From assembly GCA_051362555.1 (NCBI GenBank), contig CM120649.1, positions 14,942,001 through 15,006,000 of the forward strand: 64,000 nt of DNA. The letters run 5' to 3'. Of this stretch, positions 1 to 12,918 are shown one piece after another. The position numbers were made by a program, and so were the translations under genes. The notes below the pieces were generated by a model. It saw only the letters and a program-made list of their open reading frames with translations. It was not told where the DNA came from and ran no database searches. Each line of letters opens with the position of its first letter. Position 1 is the stretch's first letter. Source of the DNA: Lingula anatina (Eukaryota > Animalia > Brachiopoda).

Positions 1-731
1 CAGTGCCCTGTTGTTTTGATAATTGAGTTGCTCATCAGCCAATGGTTTATTTTATTATTAGTGAAATCACTCTATGCTCACCATCCCTTTCCTGTCGCCA
101 GCAATATCAAAGGGGAGCGAGTGCCCTTTTCCAAAAGAAAACAGACATTTTGCCCCCTTTGTCGGTCCAACTTGGGAAAGACACAGAGCCGAGATCGAAT
201 TTAGACCACAAAGAACAGTGACTTACTTTGATTAAAATGCTTCTCATAGTTCTGTGCTTCAGATCCACCGATAAGTTTTGCATCCAACTCCTATTGTCAA
301 ATGTCTTTCTTGACGACAATTACTGTAGTTGTAAGAGACATTTTAAAATGTGATTCAAAGCCGAGCTTTTTTCGATCAAAAGGGTACTTTTTAAAATCTA
401 CCACCTATACAAAAAGAGTTATCATATATGGTAGTAAATTTTACATTTTTTCTATAGATGACACATTTCTACATGGTGACCTTGTAGCGTTGGCTTAAAC
501 ATTAAGTGACATTAGGCGAAGGATTTATTAAAACGCATATGATAAATGTTATTGTAAATGTATACACACCACAGTATAAGAACCTAATTGAGCAAAATAT
601 AATAATAAAGGACTGTGATAGAAGCTGAAGTTAAGCGTTAGGTGAATAGTTTTACTCAAATAAAAAAATGAATAATCTTCAATATATATTTACCGGTATG
701 TAGTTCTGATTGGTTTTCAACTCATTCTCAC

Positions 732-880
732 CTGATATACATACGGGTCGGAAGACAAACAACAATACTAAAATGTACCTGAAATAAACAAGATGAATAT
801 CACGTAAATCAGCAAAGATGGTCATGAGTTTGGTATAAAGATTATAAATGATGATTTGAATACAAGCTGAAAATATTTGC

Positions 881-913
<33 letters not shown>

Positions 914-2893
914 TTATTTTTCTATGGCGCATTCCATTAAAAATCTCAATGCGCCTTACAACATTCACTTAAAAGAGCTAAATAACACAATACTAGTATA
1001 AGAACACATTACAATTTTAAAGGACTAAGAACTAATTTAAAGAACCAATTATTTCATATTCTAAAATGATAAAAAACTAAAGTGGCAACATTTAAAATTA
1101 ATCATAAAATTACAGTACACCTTATTAAAAACTAAAATTAACTAAAATTACTGATAGGCTATTCTAAAGATATGAATCTTCAAAAGCTTTTTAAAAGTAT
1201 CTATGTCACCTACTGCTCGTATTTCAGAGGGTAAGGTGTTCCAAACTTTGGGTGCATATATCATAAATGCCTTTTCACCCTAAAATTTACCAGCTTTTTT
1301 CTCTAACACACTGTGTTCTAAAAGTAAATGACTAAAAGTTGAAGACCTGGTAACTCTTCCATGCTGATGTTGCTTCATAAGTTCTGAGATATAAAGTGGT
1401 TTATTTTCAGTGACTGCTTTAAAAATGACACATAATATTTTAAATAAAATTCTCTCTCTTACTGGAACAGGGGCGGATTTAGGCCGTCTTCTGGGTCTTC
1501 CGGAAGACGGTCAGATTTTCAAATTTACATTGACGGGTATCTATTTTTTTCTGTCGGAAGACAGTCAAAAATGAAGAATGAATCAAAAAAGATAATTTGG
1601 AAGACTGTTAAAAAATATCCGCCCCTGAATCCGCCCCTGTGGAAGCCAGTGAAGTTCCATCAAAACAGGTGTTATATGCTCTCGGCTGTTCCATCCCATT
1701 TTAGTTACCAGCCTAGCTGCAGAATTTTTAATTAATTGAAGTTTGTTCAGATGATTTTTGCCTAAACCATATAAGAGACTGTTGCAATAATCAAGCTTAG
1801 AAGTAATGAAAGCATGGACTAGTTTTTCACTTGAAGTTTTGTCCAGTAAGTCACGTATCTTACTAATTCGCCAAAGTGAGTATGATGCCGATTTGCAAAT
1901 TTCATAGATCCGTCTATCCATAATTGCATACTGATCAAAGGTGACACCCAAATCTTTCACATAGCTAGATGGATTGATGTTGACACCACCGATACAAATA
2001 TCAGATTTCATTGCATTTCCACTATACCATAAGCTAACTCATAACTCACGTCAGATGCTCATCAGGTATACCTATACAGCGGATGATAAATATTTATTCA
2101 AGACTGAAGCAAGGTGAATGATAATATGCTGACTGATTATATAAACATAATACTGAATGTAAATGAGTGAGTTCATGACATGCACTTAGTGGACCTTAAC
2201 ACCACTTAGGTCAGACTAGAGATTTAGATCGATCCAGAGATTTAGATTTAGATCGACCTAACTCCCTGGGGGTTCTCGCTAAATTGCAGTCAGCCGAGCA
2301 CGCACCATAGTTAATTACCCCCTTATAGCTTTAAGTAGGCGGGACAGACGCTTAAGCCGGCTAAGCCGACAGTAATCTTGTGAGACTCCCCACAGGGATA
2401 GATCGATCTAAAATATATGGGAATGGGGTCTAAGACTGGTTTCCCATGCCTAGATCGATTCATCTGGATCGGTCTAACTCCCTGGGGAGTCTCAGTAAGT
2501 TTGTTATCAACTTAACCGGCTTAAGGGGGGATCAGCTAGGGGGTAAAGATAATTACCCCCTAAAAGTTTTACTAGGAGATGAATATCTAGCAAATGAGCA
2601 AAATTATGAATTGGCTGGGTATTTGGATCATGAATGATAAATATTTAACACATACTGATTATATTTTCCACACCGGTAGCTTGCTAATTACTCCTGTCAA
2701 TCTGATGAAGGCCTACGTCCAGGTCGGTAGCAAGCTAACGGTGTGAAAAACATTTTCAGCTTGTGTTTATAATTATCGTATGAGATGAATATCATATGAA
2801 TGGTATGTAAAGTTAGCTATGGTAAAACTTTAAAAAGTTTTTTTTCTAATCTCAAACAATACTATAAAAAAACTTGAATTACCTCCAGTCCAT
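732..2893 (-). CDS. Paralog C of the CTLD-collagen-TM receptor family, 5' part only (start and signal-peptide exons; gene continues off the left edge)
   Basis: Exon 2883..2893 (ATGGACTGGAG|gtaa) and exon 732..778 (tttcag|G...TCAG|gtgaga) give MDWRYILVLLFVFRPVCIS. Exon sizes (11, 47 nt), phases and flanking intron sequence match gene A (12147..12157, 11767..11813). Whether the rest of the gene is intact cannot be seen. Confidence 0.75.
882..2011 (-). mobile_element. 5'-truncated L2/CR1-group LINE (ORF2 C-terminal fragment plus (TTA)n tail) in intron 1 of paralog C
   Basis: ORF 1583..2011 has VKDLGVTFD, SKLDYCNSLLYGL, LQLIKNSAARLV and HITPVLMELHWLP, typical of the end of L2/CR1-type ORF2. The frame continues after a MITE interruption (HWLPVRERI) and ends in a microsatellite tail at 882..912. 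Confidence 0.85.
1468..1639. mobile_element. MITE with CAGGGGCGGAT terminal inverted repeats, inserted in the LINE
   Basis: caggggcggattt...aatccgcccctg flanked by a 5-bp duplication (tggaa). Related copies at 35948..36115 and, degenerate, ~33480..33640. Confidence 0.8.
2215..2560. mobile_element. Tourist/PIF-Harbinger-like MITE copy plus adjacent partial copy
   Basis: Shares gatcgacctaactccctggggg...aattaccccctta...gatcgatctaaa..tgggaatg sequence with 12238..12439 and 22545..23041. Confidence 0.65.
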
Positions 2894-5629
2894 AGCGACC
2901 GCTTTTTGAGCTGAAATCCAAACCTATCGTGTTTGTTGCCTTTCGTTAACTTTCAGTTTAAAAATGTGTGTGTACAGAGCCCATAATTTGATATGGGAAC
3001 AACAGATACCTCACTTCCCAAATGGTCGCATAGCCTTCGGCTTACACAATTTTATTTTATGTGTGTTGGCAAATGTACGTGTTGAAAATTGTACAATGCC
3101 GACCTGAGCTGACCTTCATTTTTATAACGATAAATGCTACATCCGCCCCAAAGAATACCTGGAAATGAAAGGCCTAGAATACTTGTAGTTGTGGGATGGG
3201 TTGTTTTATGATCAATTCGTTTTGCTCTGCAACCCCGTAAAACTTTGCAGGCTGTCACTGAGTGCGATCAGCTAAACTAAATGAAACGGTTCCTCCTGGC
3301 GTTGTTTTATACAGAAAAGTTGCTCTTTATGCGAGTATGTTGGAAACAAGAGGAGGGGTCTTAAATATTTTAATTCTCTTGGCACTGTCAAAAATAGTTT
3401 TAATACTGTTTTGGGTGTACTTGGAACGCGACACAATGAATTTGCATTCAGATATTTAAGATCAAGATAAGAAATGAAGATTACCCTTTTCAATCTGTTC
3501 ACAGTAAATAGGATATGTATCTCAAACTTTTCTCAAAGAGAAGTATTATATCAGGTACCAAACATAAAGTAAAGGCATAAAATTATGCAGACGTATATTT
3601 GACCGTTGACAAAATTACGAAGGGACTTGAAACGCGGCACCTTCCTTTGAAGCTATGTGCGTTCGGGTTTTGATAGCTCTAGGGGAGCCTGAACGGATAA
3701 TTATCAAGGTCGCGCGCGCTGTGCCTCAGTGAATTTCTATTGTTCTTGCATTGATAACGCAATTTCTCGCGGACCCTCGTGGTTGCTATGATACATCTTG
3801 CAGTTGCGAGCACATAGGGACCATTCAGACTGAGAAGAGGCGAGTGCTAGCTAGGCCATGACCTAAATGTGGCGGACCTACGTGGAAGGAAAACCGCCTT
3901 TACTGTAATGCCTTATGCCTTTACTGTAATGGTCTCTCCACCTCCCACACGCCTCCCCACGCGTCGGCCCTGCAGGGGCACAGTTATTAAATCTCGGCTC
4001 AATTCAACAGGTCGTGGGACGACACGTGGGGAGACGTAAACACCTGTAAATTTGTTTCGGGTTTTCAGGATCTTTTTCCTGTTACCTTATAAAAAGAGGT
4101 TCTGGCGTTTCTCTCCTATACTTGTTATCATGTCCAAGATTGTAATGAACTATGTTGGGCTGATATACAACTGTTTTTAAAGCAATGTATCGGCCGATTA
4201 ATGTGTGAAGCCATTTTCCAACGAGAACCGATATCAAAAGTAAAAAAAAATAAAAAATAAATAATAAGAATCCCGAAATACGAGCAGACGTTAGCAGCTA
4301 ACATGAACCTATACAGTATATGCAGTTCACAGCAGTGTTAATATCAACTTTAATAAAAGCATATTTTGTGTCACAAATGCGTGTGTCGTGCCATATTGCA
4401 ACGAGAGCCGATATTGAGACTATAAAAATATTATTTATCATTCCAAAAATCGAGAAGACTTTAGCAAGTAGCATGAACTTATATATAAAGTACACAGTGT
4501 TGATGTCATCTTTATATAAAAGGTACATAAAAATACCAGTCTAAAAGAAATGTCAGCGAGCCTAAGAAATCGGAGAGAAATTGCATCTTTTAATTCAAGA
4601 CACGATTGAAGGTTTCATTATTGTCGCACCTGACGTCACGTCATCCGAACGCAGATGGTTTCACGAAGAGCTCGCGCAAAGCTAATATATCTTTTGATGT
4701 TGCTCCGTGTTTCTAGTCCCTTCGTTATTATGTCCAAGATTTGACATATTTGGGAAAAGTATTTATCAAACATCGAAAGGTGAACAAAAATGAGAACGGG
4801 ATTTAAATATTCTGGCGACAAATTTACTTGTGAATTAATGTTGGGGAAGTGTGATTTTAATCTTGAAAATAGTTTTAGTACAGGGGAATAGATAGCATTT
4901 TTGGTATTGAAAGCTTATTATTTAAATCTAAAATGATTAAAACTCTTTTTGTAGCTCAATTGTAATACAAATTAAGAAAGTATACATCAAGCATTCATAA
5001 AAATACATTTAGACCTGTTGCAGTTATCATTTTTCTCTTCACAATAAGTAACAATTAAAACATTGTATACGAATTACAGAGACTTAGCAATAGAAGAACC
5101 AATAAAAGTGCAAAAGTGACCCAAAAATAGCCTTGATAATACAGAAACCCTTCACGAGTTTCAAATAATATACAGAATATAATTTTGTGCGTCTGCTGAC
5201 ACTTTTTTGCCCTATGGCATACACTGGCGGTGATATTTAGGACTAGTCGCACTAAAACCAATTCACCTTAACCTCACTAGGATATTCTCACTACTGTGTC
5301 TAAAATCAGGCAAAGCTTTCACAACTTACTTCAGGGATTGACTAATTAGACGATGAAAACGGGGTTGGTGTAATTTTAGACTTTTGAAAAACATGATATG
5401 TTTGTAATGGTTCTGCGCACACTTTGTTAACGGTGATTTTTGACAGTAATCGTAGTATGTGGAACATGTCCTTGCAGCTAATACAGATGTGAAAGTTCTG
5501 AGATCAACTGACTTATTTCTAATTAAGCCCGAAATATGGTATTTTGTGACACATGCACCATGTATCAGGTACAGGTACTGTACAAAACTTAACTGTATAA
5601 AATTCAAGTGCTGCCAACTAACCAAATTC

Positions 5630-5830
5630 CAAATGCCACCAGGACTAGAAAGACAATTAGGGATGGCAAGGCCCCCTGGGTCAGGGAGTCACTAAGGTAT
5701 ATCAGGACCTATTGGACTTGGTGGACCCCAGGTAATTTACCGGTAGATGTGGCCTGGTCAGACCACAGGGAACTTGAGGACTACTTGGTACCCGTGACCC
5801 GATGGCACTGGTGGTCCACGTGGGGGAAGT
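5630..5830 (+). pseudogene. Decayed fragment of the collagen-like exon of the receptor family
   Basis: Reads PPGLERQLGMARPPGSGSH*GISGPIGLGGP, aligning to [32 protein letters not shown] of genes A/B, with an in-frame stop and later indels. Confidence 0.65.
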
Positions 5831-7269
5831 GGCCCTACAGGAACAGATGTGAAAAACTAATATTTTCATTCTCAGTTATCACCTTTTGTGATGAAATTGG
5901 TGGATTTTAAATAAAACTTTTCAATTTAGACGATAGGCTGGCCTGGAGCGCATTGTATTAGATGTGTTGAGAGGAGACTTGCGATCGTGCTCGTCTTAAT
6001 TGACCCATTTTAAAGTCACGTTTGCTTGCCGAGCACAAAACACACGAACAAATCGTCATGGCGCGATATGAGAACCAGGTCACAAGACGATCTTTGGTGG
6101 TTTTTAGCCTCTAGATTCTACAAAATATCAATTAGGTTAGTACGATTGCCTCTGGGAATGGCCCCTAAGCCTCTGGATGATTTGAAAAGAGCACCCCACC
6201 CTACTGGCAATACAGCCGGTCAAAACTCTCTCCTACAATGTTCGTCAACTTCTTGGTAAAATTGTATCCATCTCACTTAGGATCCAAATATTAAAATATT
6301 ATTAGTGTTGGGGTATTTCAATGGTGACGCTAGGTGGGTCAATGTTCTACTTGTTCTCATATCCCCAGTTTACACGATGATCGGTTGCCCACTTTTTATG
6401 CAATAAAAATCTATAAGTAGCCTACCCATGTAGCAATGTACATAAATGCGATAGGGGTGACACTTTTTTTCGCTAGGGAAATACAGTGGATTTTTTTCAT
6501 TTTCTCTATTTACTAATATAAATATAACACTGGTCCTGCTGCAGCATCCCTTCACACATGTATCCAGTACCTTTCATCATTTCTTAAGAACACGGTAAAA
6601 ATTGTTCAAGCTAGCCAAAGCTTCGGCGTTCACTAAGCGAAAGATGGACAATTCACTACATCACGTTCATGCCCTTATTTTAATAATTGAAATAGTTGCT
6701 AAAACAAGTGGAATGAATCCATTTTTCACTTTGGCATTTTCCAAGAAGTAAGTGGAAGTGACGGGGTGCAACATTAATCCATTCAAACTAATAGGCGTCT
6801 CCAACTGCGATAAATTTTATTTATTCATTCTTTTTCATATTGTCATCATTAAGAGAGAAACAAAAATAGAGAACAGAAATATTCTAAATGAACATTAACA
6901 TCATTTTTGGTAACCTGCCTGCCAGTTTTCTGGAGAAAGATACAATTCATTCGCACAATCTGTGTATACAGTCAAATTAAAACTATAGAGACATAATTGG
7001 CGGTGCCTTTGGTCGGCTTAATTGCACATGCTAGTCACTTAAACCTGAGACACAAACCTCATATAGGATACTCGTGCCTCAGGCTTGCTTAGTGGGTATG
7101 GCTTATGTAAGACAATTTCATGATATTGGTATTTAAATAGTTAATCTTTTTGGTATTATTTTCGTTACCAGAAATATTTGTCATAGAATTAATCTTCTGA
7201 CATTGAAAAATCCCCGCCCCAGTTTCTACATTCATATGATTAATATGGGCATTTGAATAAAGATCCCTC

Positions 7270-10200
7270 TTAAGGCTTCATCCCCTCCAATTTCCTTCTT
7301 ATTTTTTCAATTTCAATTTTTTCATACGCCACTTGCTTAAAATAGGCTACATAGAGGTAGATAGTCCCTAGGAAAACCGTTCCTATGATTACTCCTAGTA
7401 CAATTTCATGTACCACAGCGTCCTTCAGTTGTTGCAGAATATCGTAGTCTTCTTTGCTGTTGTCACGTCTTGGGGTATTATTCTGATTGTCACCTTGGAG
7501 GTAAAAAAGGGACTTAATAAAAACCATCAGATATTTTTACAACCCATTTTGAGATGCGTTAGAATAAAATAATCTTAAGCGTTAATCTGTTGTTAGCTAA
7601 CTTGGTTCTCTAAAGTTTTTCTATTCAAATAAATTTATGCATGAATTTTTTTTTTAATTTTTTGAATACACAAAGCAATTAAGATGTGTGCTAAACACCT
7701 TGTTTTGTAAGGTAAAAGACGAGATTAACCACACATAAAACAGTCTGAAAAGGCAAAATGATCGGCCAAGAGATCATAAAGGTACCTTTTAGGAAAAGGA
7801 ATGGACCAGTGGTCGTAACTTGTGAGGCAAAGCGAGAAGTAAGACTCTCAAAGCGTGTTGAAGTTGGAGGTAATGTTCGTGCAAACCGTCCTGTGGTTGG
7901 AGATAATGTTCGTGTAAGGAATCTTGTAGTTGGGGGTACTGTTCGTGTAAAGAATCTTGTAGTTGGAGAAAATGTCCGTCCACGCAATACTACGAAAAAT
8001 CTGTCAGACATTCCCTTTTCTCCTTTCATTCCAACGAACGGAAGGCCTTTGGCTCCCTGCATTCCCTTCTCTCCCGGATGTCCAACAGACCCTGGAAGTC
8101 CTTGCTGACCTGGAGCCCCCGCCATGCCCCTCATACCCTTCGTGCCTTTCACGGAGTCACCTGCTGGCCCTTGGTTTCCCGGAAGTCCTATAAAATAAAC
8201 ATTCGAATTACAAATCAAATAATTCTTTTAGAATACATATGGATTTCTCTCTTAAACGTGCTTTTGAAATTCACAGAAGGATGAGCGTTGCAAAGTATTT
8301 CTGATAATTTCACAACAATAGAACACATTCGAAGAAAAAAGAAAATTGTACTAAATTAAGAAGATAACCGTACAATATTGCAAACTTAAAAGCATTTCAA
8401 AGTTAGTAAATATTTCCTCTAACCTTTTGGTCCGGCTGTGCCAGGTGGTCCTCCTGTCCCGGTTGGTCCAGGAGGCCCTATTAACCCTGGTGGACCAGCC
8501 GATCCAGCAGGACCAACCATCCCTAGAGGTCCACTTAGTCCTGGGGGTCCTCTTGTCCCTGGAGGTCCTGCTGCTCCTTGGGGACCAACTGTTCCTGGTG
8601 GTCCACTGGTGCCTTGTGGTCCACCAGTTCCTGGAAGACCACTTCTCCCGGGTGGACCACTTGTTCCAACAGGCCCGCGGGTTCCAGGTGGACCTCCAAT
8701 TCCCTGTGGTCCAATAGTTCCAGTAACACCTTTCAGTCCGGGTGGCCCACCAGTTCCTGTTGGCCCTGCTTCACCAGCAGGACCACTAGTGCCTGGGGGA
8801 CCATCTAGTCCGACAGGTCCTGATGTACCTGGAGGACCCCCTGACCCAGGTGGCCCTGCTGTCCCTGGGGGTCCACCCGTTCCTGGTGGTCCTTGCGTGC
8901 CAGGAGGACCTCCTGTGCTAGGAGGTCCTTCAGTTCCTGGAGGACCACCCGATCCTGGTGGACCTCCTGTCCCTGGTGGACCTTCAGTTCCGGGGGGTCC
9001 ATGTGAACCTGGCGGCCCGCTGGTTCCTGGTGGCCCTCTGGTCCCTGGTGGTGCTCCAGTTCCCGGTGGCCCACTACTTCCAGGTGGTCCCATGGTTCCA
9101 GGTGGTCCACCTGTAGCTGGAGGGCCACCCGTTCCAGGAGGACCACTGGTTGCAGGAGGGCCACCTGTTCCCGCTGGACCACTTGTTCCCTGTGGGCCCC
9201 CTGTGCCAGGAGGTCCTCCTGTCCCTGGTGGGCCTGCAGTGCCAGGTGCACCCTCAGTTCCCGGAGGTCCACTGGTTCCTGGGGGTCCACTGGTTCCAGG
9301 GGGTCCGCCTGTCCCTGGTGGACCGAGAGTACCTACAAATATGTTCATATTCATTAAGCATTTGGATAATGATTTTAATATGTACAAAGGAAATTATATC
9401 AACATTCAGTTACATGTGAGATGAACTTTAAAATCACATATATCCTGTCATGTTATAATTTAATACACTTATCAGAGAAAAAATAGTTAAGTCATCCTCA
9501 CGTTCAGCATTCAACCAAAAGAGAGTAACATCGTCATATGTACACAATTATAATGCCGCAATGAAAATAACCATAAGACGACTGCACGTCAAATGTCATT
9601 ACCAACTGATAAAGGCCTGCAGAAAAATGGGAGTATAAATGTGCACGGGCGGGATCTCCAGTCATTTGGACTGGTGAAGCGTTGAATGGCACAATTTCTT
9701 ACTACCCCACCACTTGGCTCGCCAGGATACCACAGCGTATAATCAGCTGCAGTTCCATCGGTCCACACATAAGTGCCCTCTACGGTAGAGTCCGTGAAGC
9801 CTATCCAGGCATTGTTGGCGCCTCTAAAAAATGAAATATGGATAAAATGAAGTGTGCCCGCCGTTGTTTTTTTGGGTTTCATATGCATCTGGGTGTAAGT
9901 GACATGATACACTTTTTATGGTTCAAAATCGCACTCGCATAGCAGGCTGTGCATGCATCGACATTTCACTTTCTAAAATATCATTTTGTCCATGAATACA
10001 CATGTACATGGTACTTGCATCTTATACTGCTTTAATTTATATAACAGTGCGATTGAGCCATTACCAATTATTTGATCAAAGCTGCCGGAACAACTTGCAA
10101 CCACTTAATGGCACTTTGTTTTCTTTGACCCCCCCCCAAAAAAAAAAAATAATAATAATAAAATAAATAAATAAATAAAATAAAAAATAAAATAAATAAA

Positions 10201-12157
10201 AAAATAATGTGCGATACAACCATTTGCAAACATTTGATCAGGTGGAACATTTGAGCTGCTGGAAAAACTTGCGACAACTTGATGTTACTCATATAAAACA
10301 ACTCACGACTTCTTTCACCAAATAAGAAAATATCACCCCTTTAAGGTGATGATGATAACTAGTATATGGCTAACTTATTAACTTACGCTGGGCGTAAACT
10401 TGCAAGAAAGGCGTTTTCTTCTGCACTGTGAACACTCGCTAGATGTCCCATAAGGAACGTTGCACAAAATGCCTCAGCCTCCGCGAACGATGAACCCATG
10501 GTGGAGAACAAGTAGCAGTAACCATTTGGTCCATATAATGTCCACCCGTCGGGGCAAACTGCAGCTGGAGCGAAGGTATAAAAACGTATGCATTTTATAA
10601 TGTCTGCAATGTATGTAATATGGTAATATTAATAACCTGAGAGTGTTGATTTTATTATTGACCTTTCGCTCTTTCATATTCATTCATGCACGCATAAATC
10701 AGCATTACGACATATGAATAAATATACTGTATACTTCAGCCCACATGTAAATGTGTCCATAGATGGTGTTGGCTAAAATATACATCCACAGACGGAAACA
10801 AATCCAAAAATGCCTTTCTCGAGACGTACTTGTAGCCTACTAGTACATCTATTTCACTGTCAACTTCCATTGTCAAAGTATATCAGCAAGTTAAACCACG
10901 GCCAGCGCGTAGAACAAAAGACTCGGCCGTATGCTGTATTCGACATGCAAGCACGTCATGTACGAGTGCGTTCCACGGTCTTGTTGCACTACCGTTACTC
11001 ACTGGTGTAGTAGCCAATCAGAGGCCGTGGTTTAAGGCAGATACAGATTCAGAAGTTTATTGACAATCGCCCTACATCCAGTCATGATCAAATACAAATA
11101 CAAAAAGGAATCCGCAGAGTGATTACCGTAAACAGTTAGATATATATTATCATGTCTAAACTAATGCATGGAAAGGAAAGAGAGGTGAAAAAAGTACAAG
11201 TACTACACAACACACTCGTCACCTTGCTGTACGTGGAAATTATTCCCGCCTGCGGCTCGACAATACACGAGTAATATTTCACCTACAGCTCGGCAACTCG
11301 TATTATATCTCTATCACTTTGCGACAATTACGGTAGTTTTCAGAGAAATTTTAAAAATGTGATACACAACCTAGCTTCTCCGATCGAGAGACCGGTTCTT
11401 TTTAATCTACCGTCTACATAAAACTATCATACACTCTTTATGATAGTCAAATTTACATTACACTTTTCTCCATAGATAGCATGTATGTCTACATGTTGGT
11501 CTATAGGCATTGGCTAAAACATTAAGCGAAGGACATATGAAGACAAATTGATATATATTATTGTAATTTTTTTTTTACAAATATGAACCTGAACGATCAA
11601 ACTATAGTTTTAAAGGGTAGGGTTTATCCGTGTACATGTACATCCTCATATGATGGCATGCGGTTGAAATTAATTATTAAATGAATAGTTTTATTTTAAT
11701 GAAAAAAGAAATAACCTTTCTCATACACATAAATGTAGTACTGATTGGATGTAAACTTATTCTCACCTGAGATACATACAGGTCGAACGATAGACAACAA
11801 TACCAAAATGTACCTGAAATAAACAAGTTAAAAATCTCGTTAATGAGCAAAAAATGCTTATGAGCTTGGTATTTAGATTACAAATGATAGCAAAAACTGA
11901 AAATATTTTTCATACTGTCAGCTTGCTACTAACTCCAGTCAATCTGATGAAGGCCTACGTCAGGTCGGTAGCAAGCTAACGGTATATGGAACATATTTTC
12001 AACTTGTGTTAATAATTATCATATAAGATGAATATCATATGAATTGTATGCAAAATTCGTTATTATAAAACTTTTAAAAGATTGATTTTTCAATTAAATA
12101 TGAAGTATTCTTATCTCAAATAATACTATCAAAAAAACAGCATTACCTCCAGTCCAT
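7270..12157 (-). CDS. Gene A: type I membrane protein, signal peptide-CTLD-collagen-like stalk-Thr/Arg repeats-TM-short tail (~663 aa)
   Basis: Exons 12147..12157, 11767..11813, 10387..10564, 9603..9823, 8424..9332, 7786..8187, 7270..7493. All introns are GT-AG and phase-consistent; total 1992 nt. CTLD motifs CPDGW, CYLF, AEAFC, HLASVHS, WIG, EPS, C...CTFILPFFC; ~101 GXY triplets in one exon; [24 protein letters not shown]. Confidence 0.88.
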
Positions 12158-12237
12158 AACGATAGCTTTGTCATTAATAGAATATTTCAGTTTAAAGAAC
12201 TAAAGCTCGATTTCCCAAATACATAATGCCTGTATAA

Positions 12238-12439
12238 GACTGCATTCCCACAGATTTTAGATCGATCTATCTCACTAGATTACTCTCAGCTTAGCCGGCT
12301 TAAATGTCTGTCCCGCCTACTAAAAGCTGTAAGGGGGTAATTAACTTCCGTGTACGCTCGGCTGACAGCAATTTAGCATGAACCCCCAGGGAGTTAGGTC
12401 GATCCAGATGGATCGATCTAAATCTGTGGGAATGCAGTC
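12238..12439. mobile_element. PIF/Harbinger (Tourist)-like MITE, 202 bp
   Basis: TAA|GACTGCATTCCCACAGATTT...AAATCTGTGGGAATGCAGTC|TAA: perfect TIRs and a TAA target duplication; 80 bp upstream of the gene A ATG. Confidence 0.85.
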
Positions 12440-12763
12440 TAAGCTTGCCATATCGTAAAAACGCCACGTTTTATCATTGGTCGTCAAACGTGAGCTGAAA
12501 TCCAAACCTATCGTGTTCGTTCTCCCTTTTAGTAATAAACTCTCAATTTTAAAGTGAATGCGTGTACAGAGCCCACAGTTTGATGTGAGAACAACTGAAA
12601 CCTCTCTTCCCACATGGACGCATAGCCTTCGGCTTACATAACTTTGTTTATTAAATCAAGGTTTCAGTACGTTGGCAAATGTACGAGTCGAAAACTGTAC
12701 AATGCTGACCTGATGTGACCTTCATTTTCATAACGATAAATGCTACATCCGCCCCAAAGAATA

Positions 12764-12918
12764 CCTGAGCCCCGTAACTCGAAAGCATCGCGCATTGCGA
12801 CCTAGCACCAGCGTCTGGATTCCATAACTCGCCCATGCTCGCCCCATGTAATACATTGTAGCCTCTATGTGATGTCGTTATTCGCAATACGCGATGCTTT
12901 CGAGTTACGGGACCCTGG
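12764..12918. mobile_element. Palindromic MITE
   Basis: cccgtaactcgaaagcatcgcg...cgcgatgctttcgagttacggg inverted repeats; absent at the paralogous site (gaatacctgg, ~3152..3162). Confidence 0.75.

Noticed and set aside
3240-4880. Insert-like region relative to the paralogous block, with several short ORFs
   Set aside because: Probably transposon-derived, but no termini, TSD or protein motif could be established.
8438-9424. 328-aa GGP/PVP ORF resembling silk or elastin (also 18423..19214)
   Set aside because: Antisense shadow of the collagen exon: GGN/CCN codons stay open on the reverse strand. Splice sites and paralogy support only the GXY strand.
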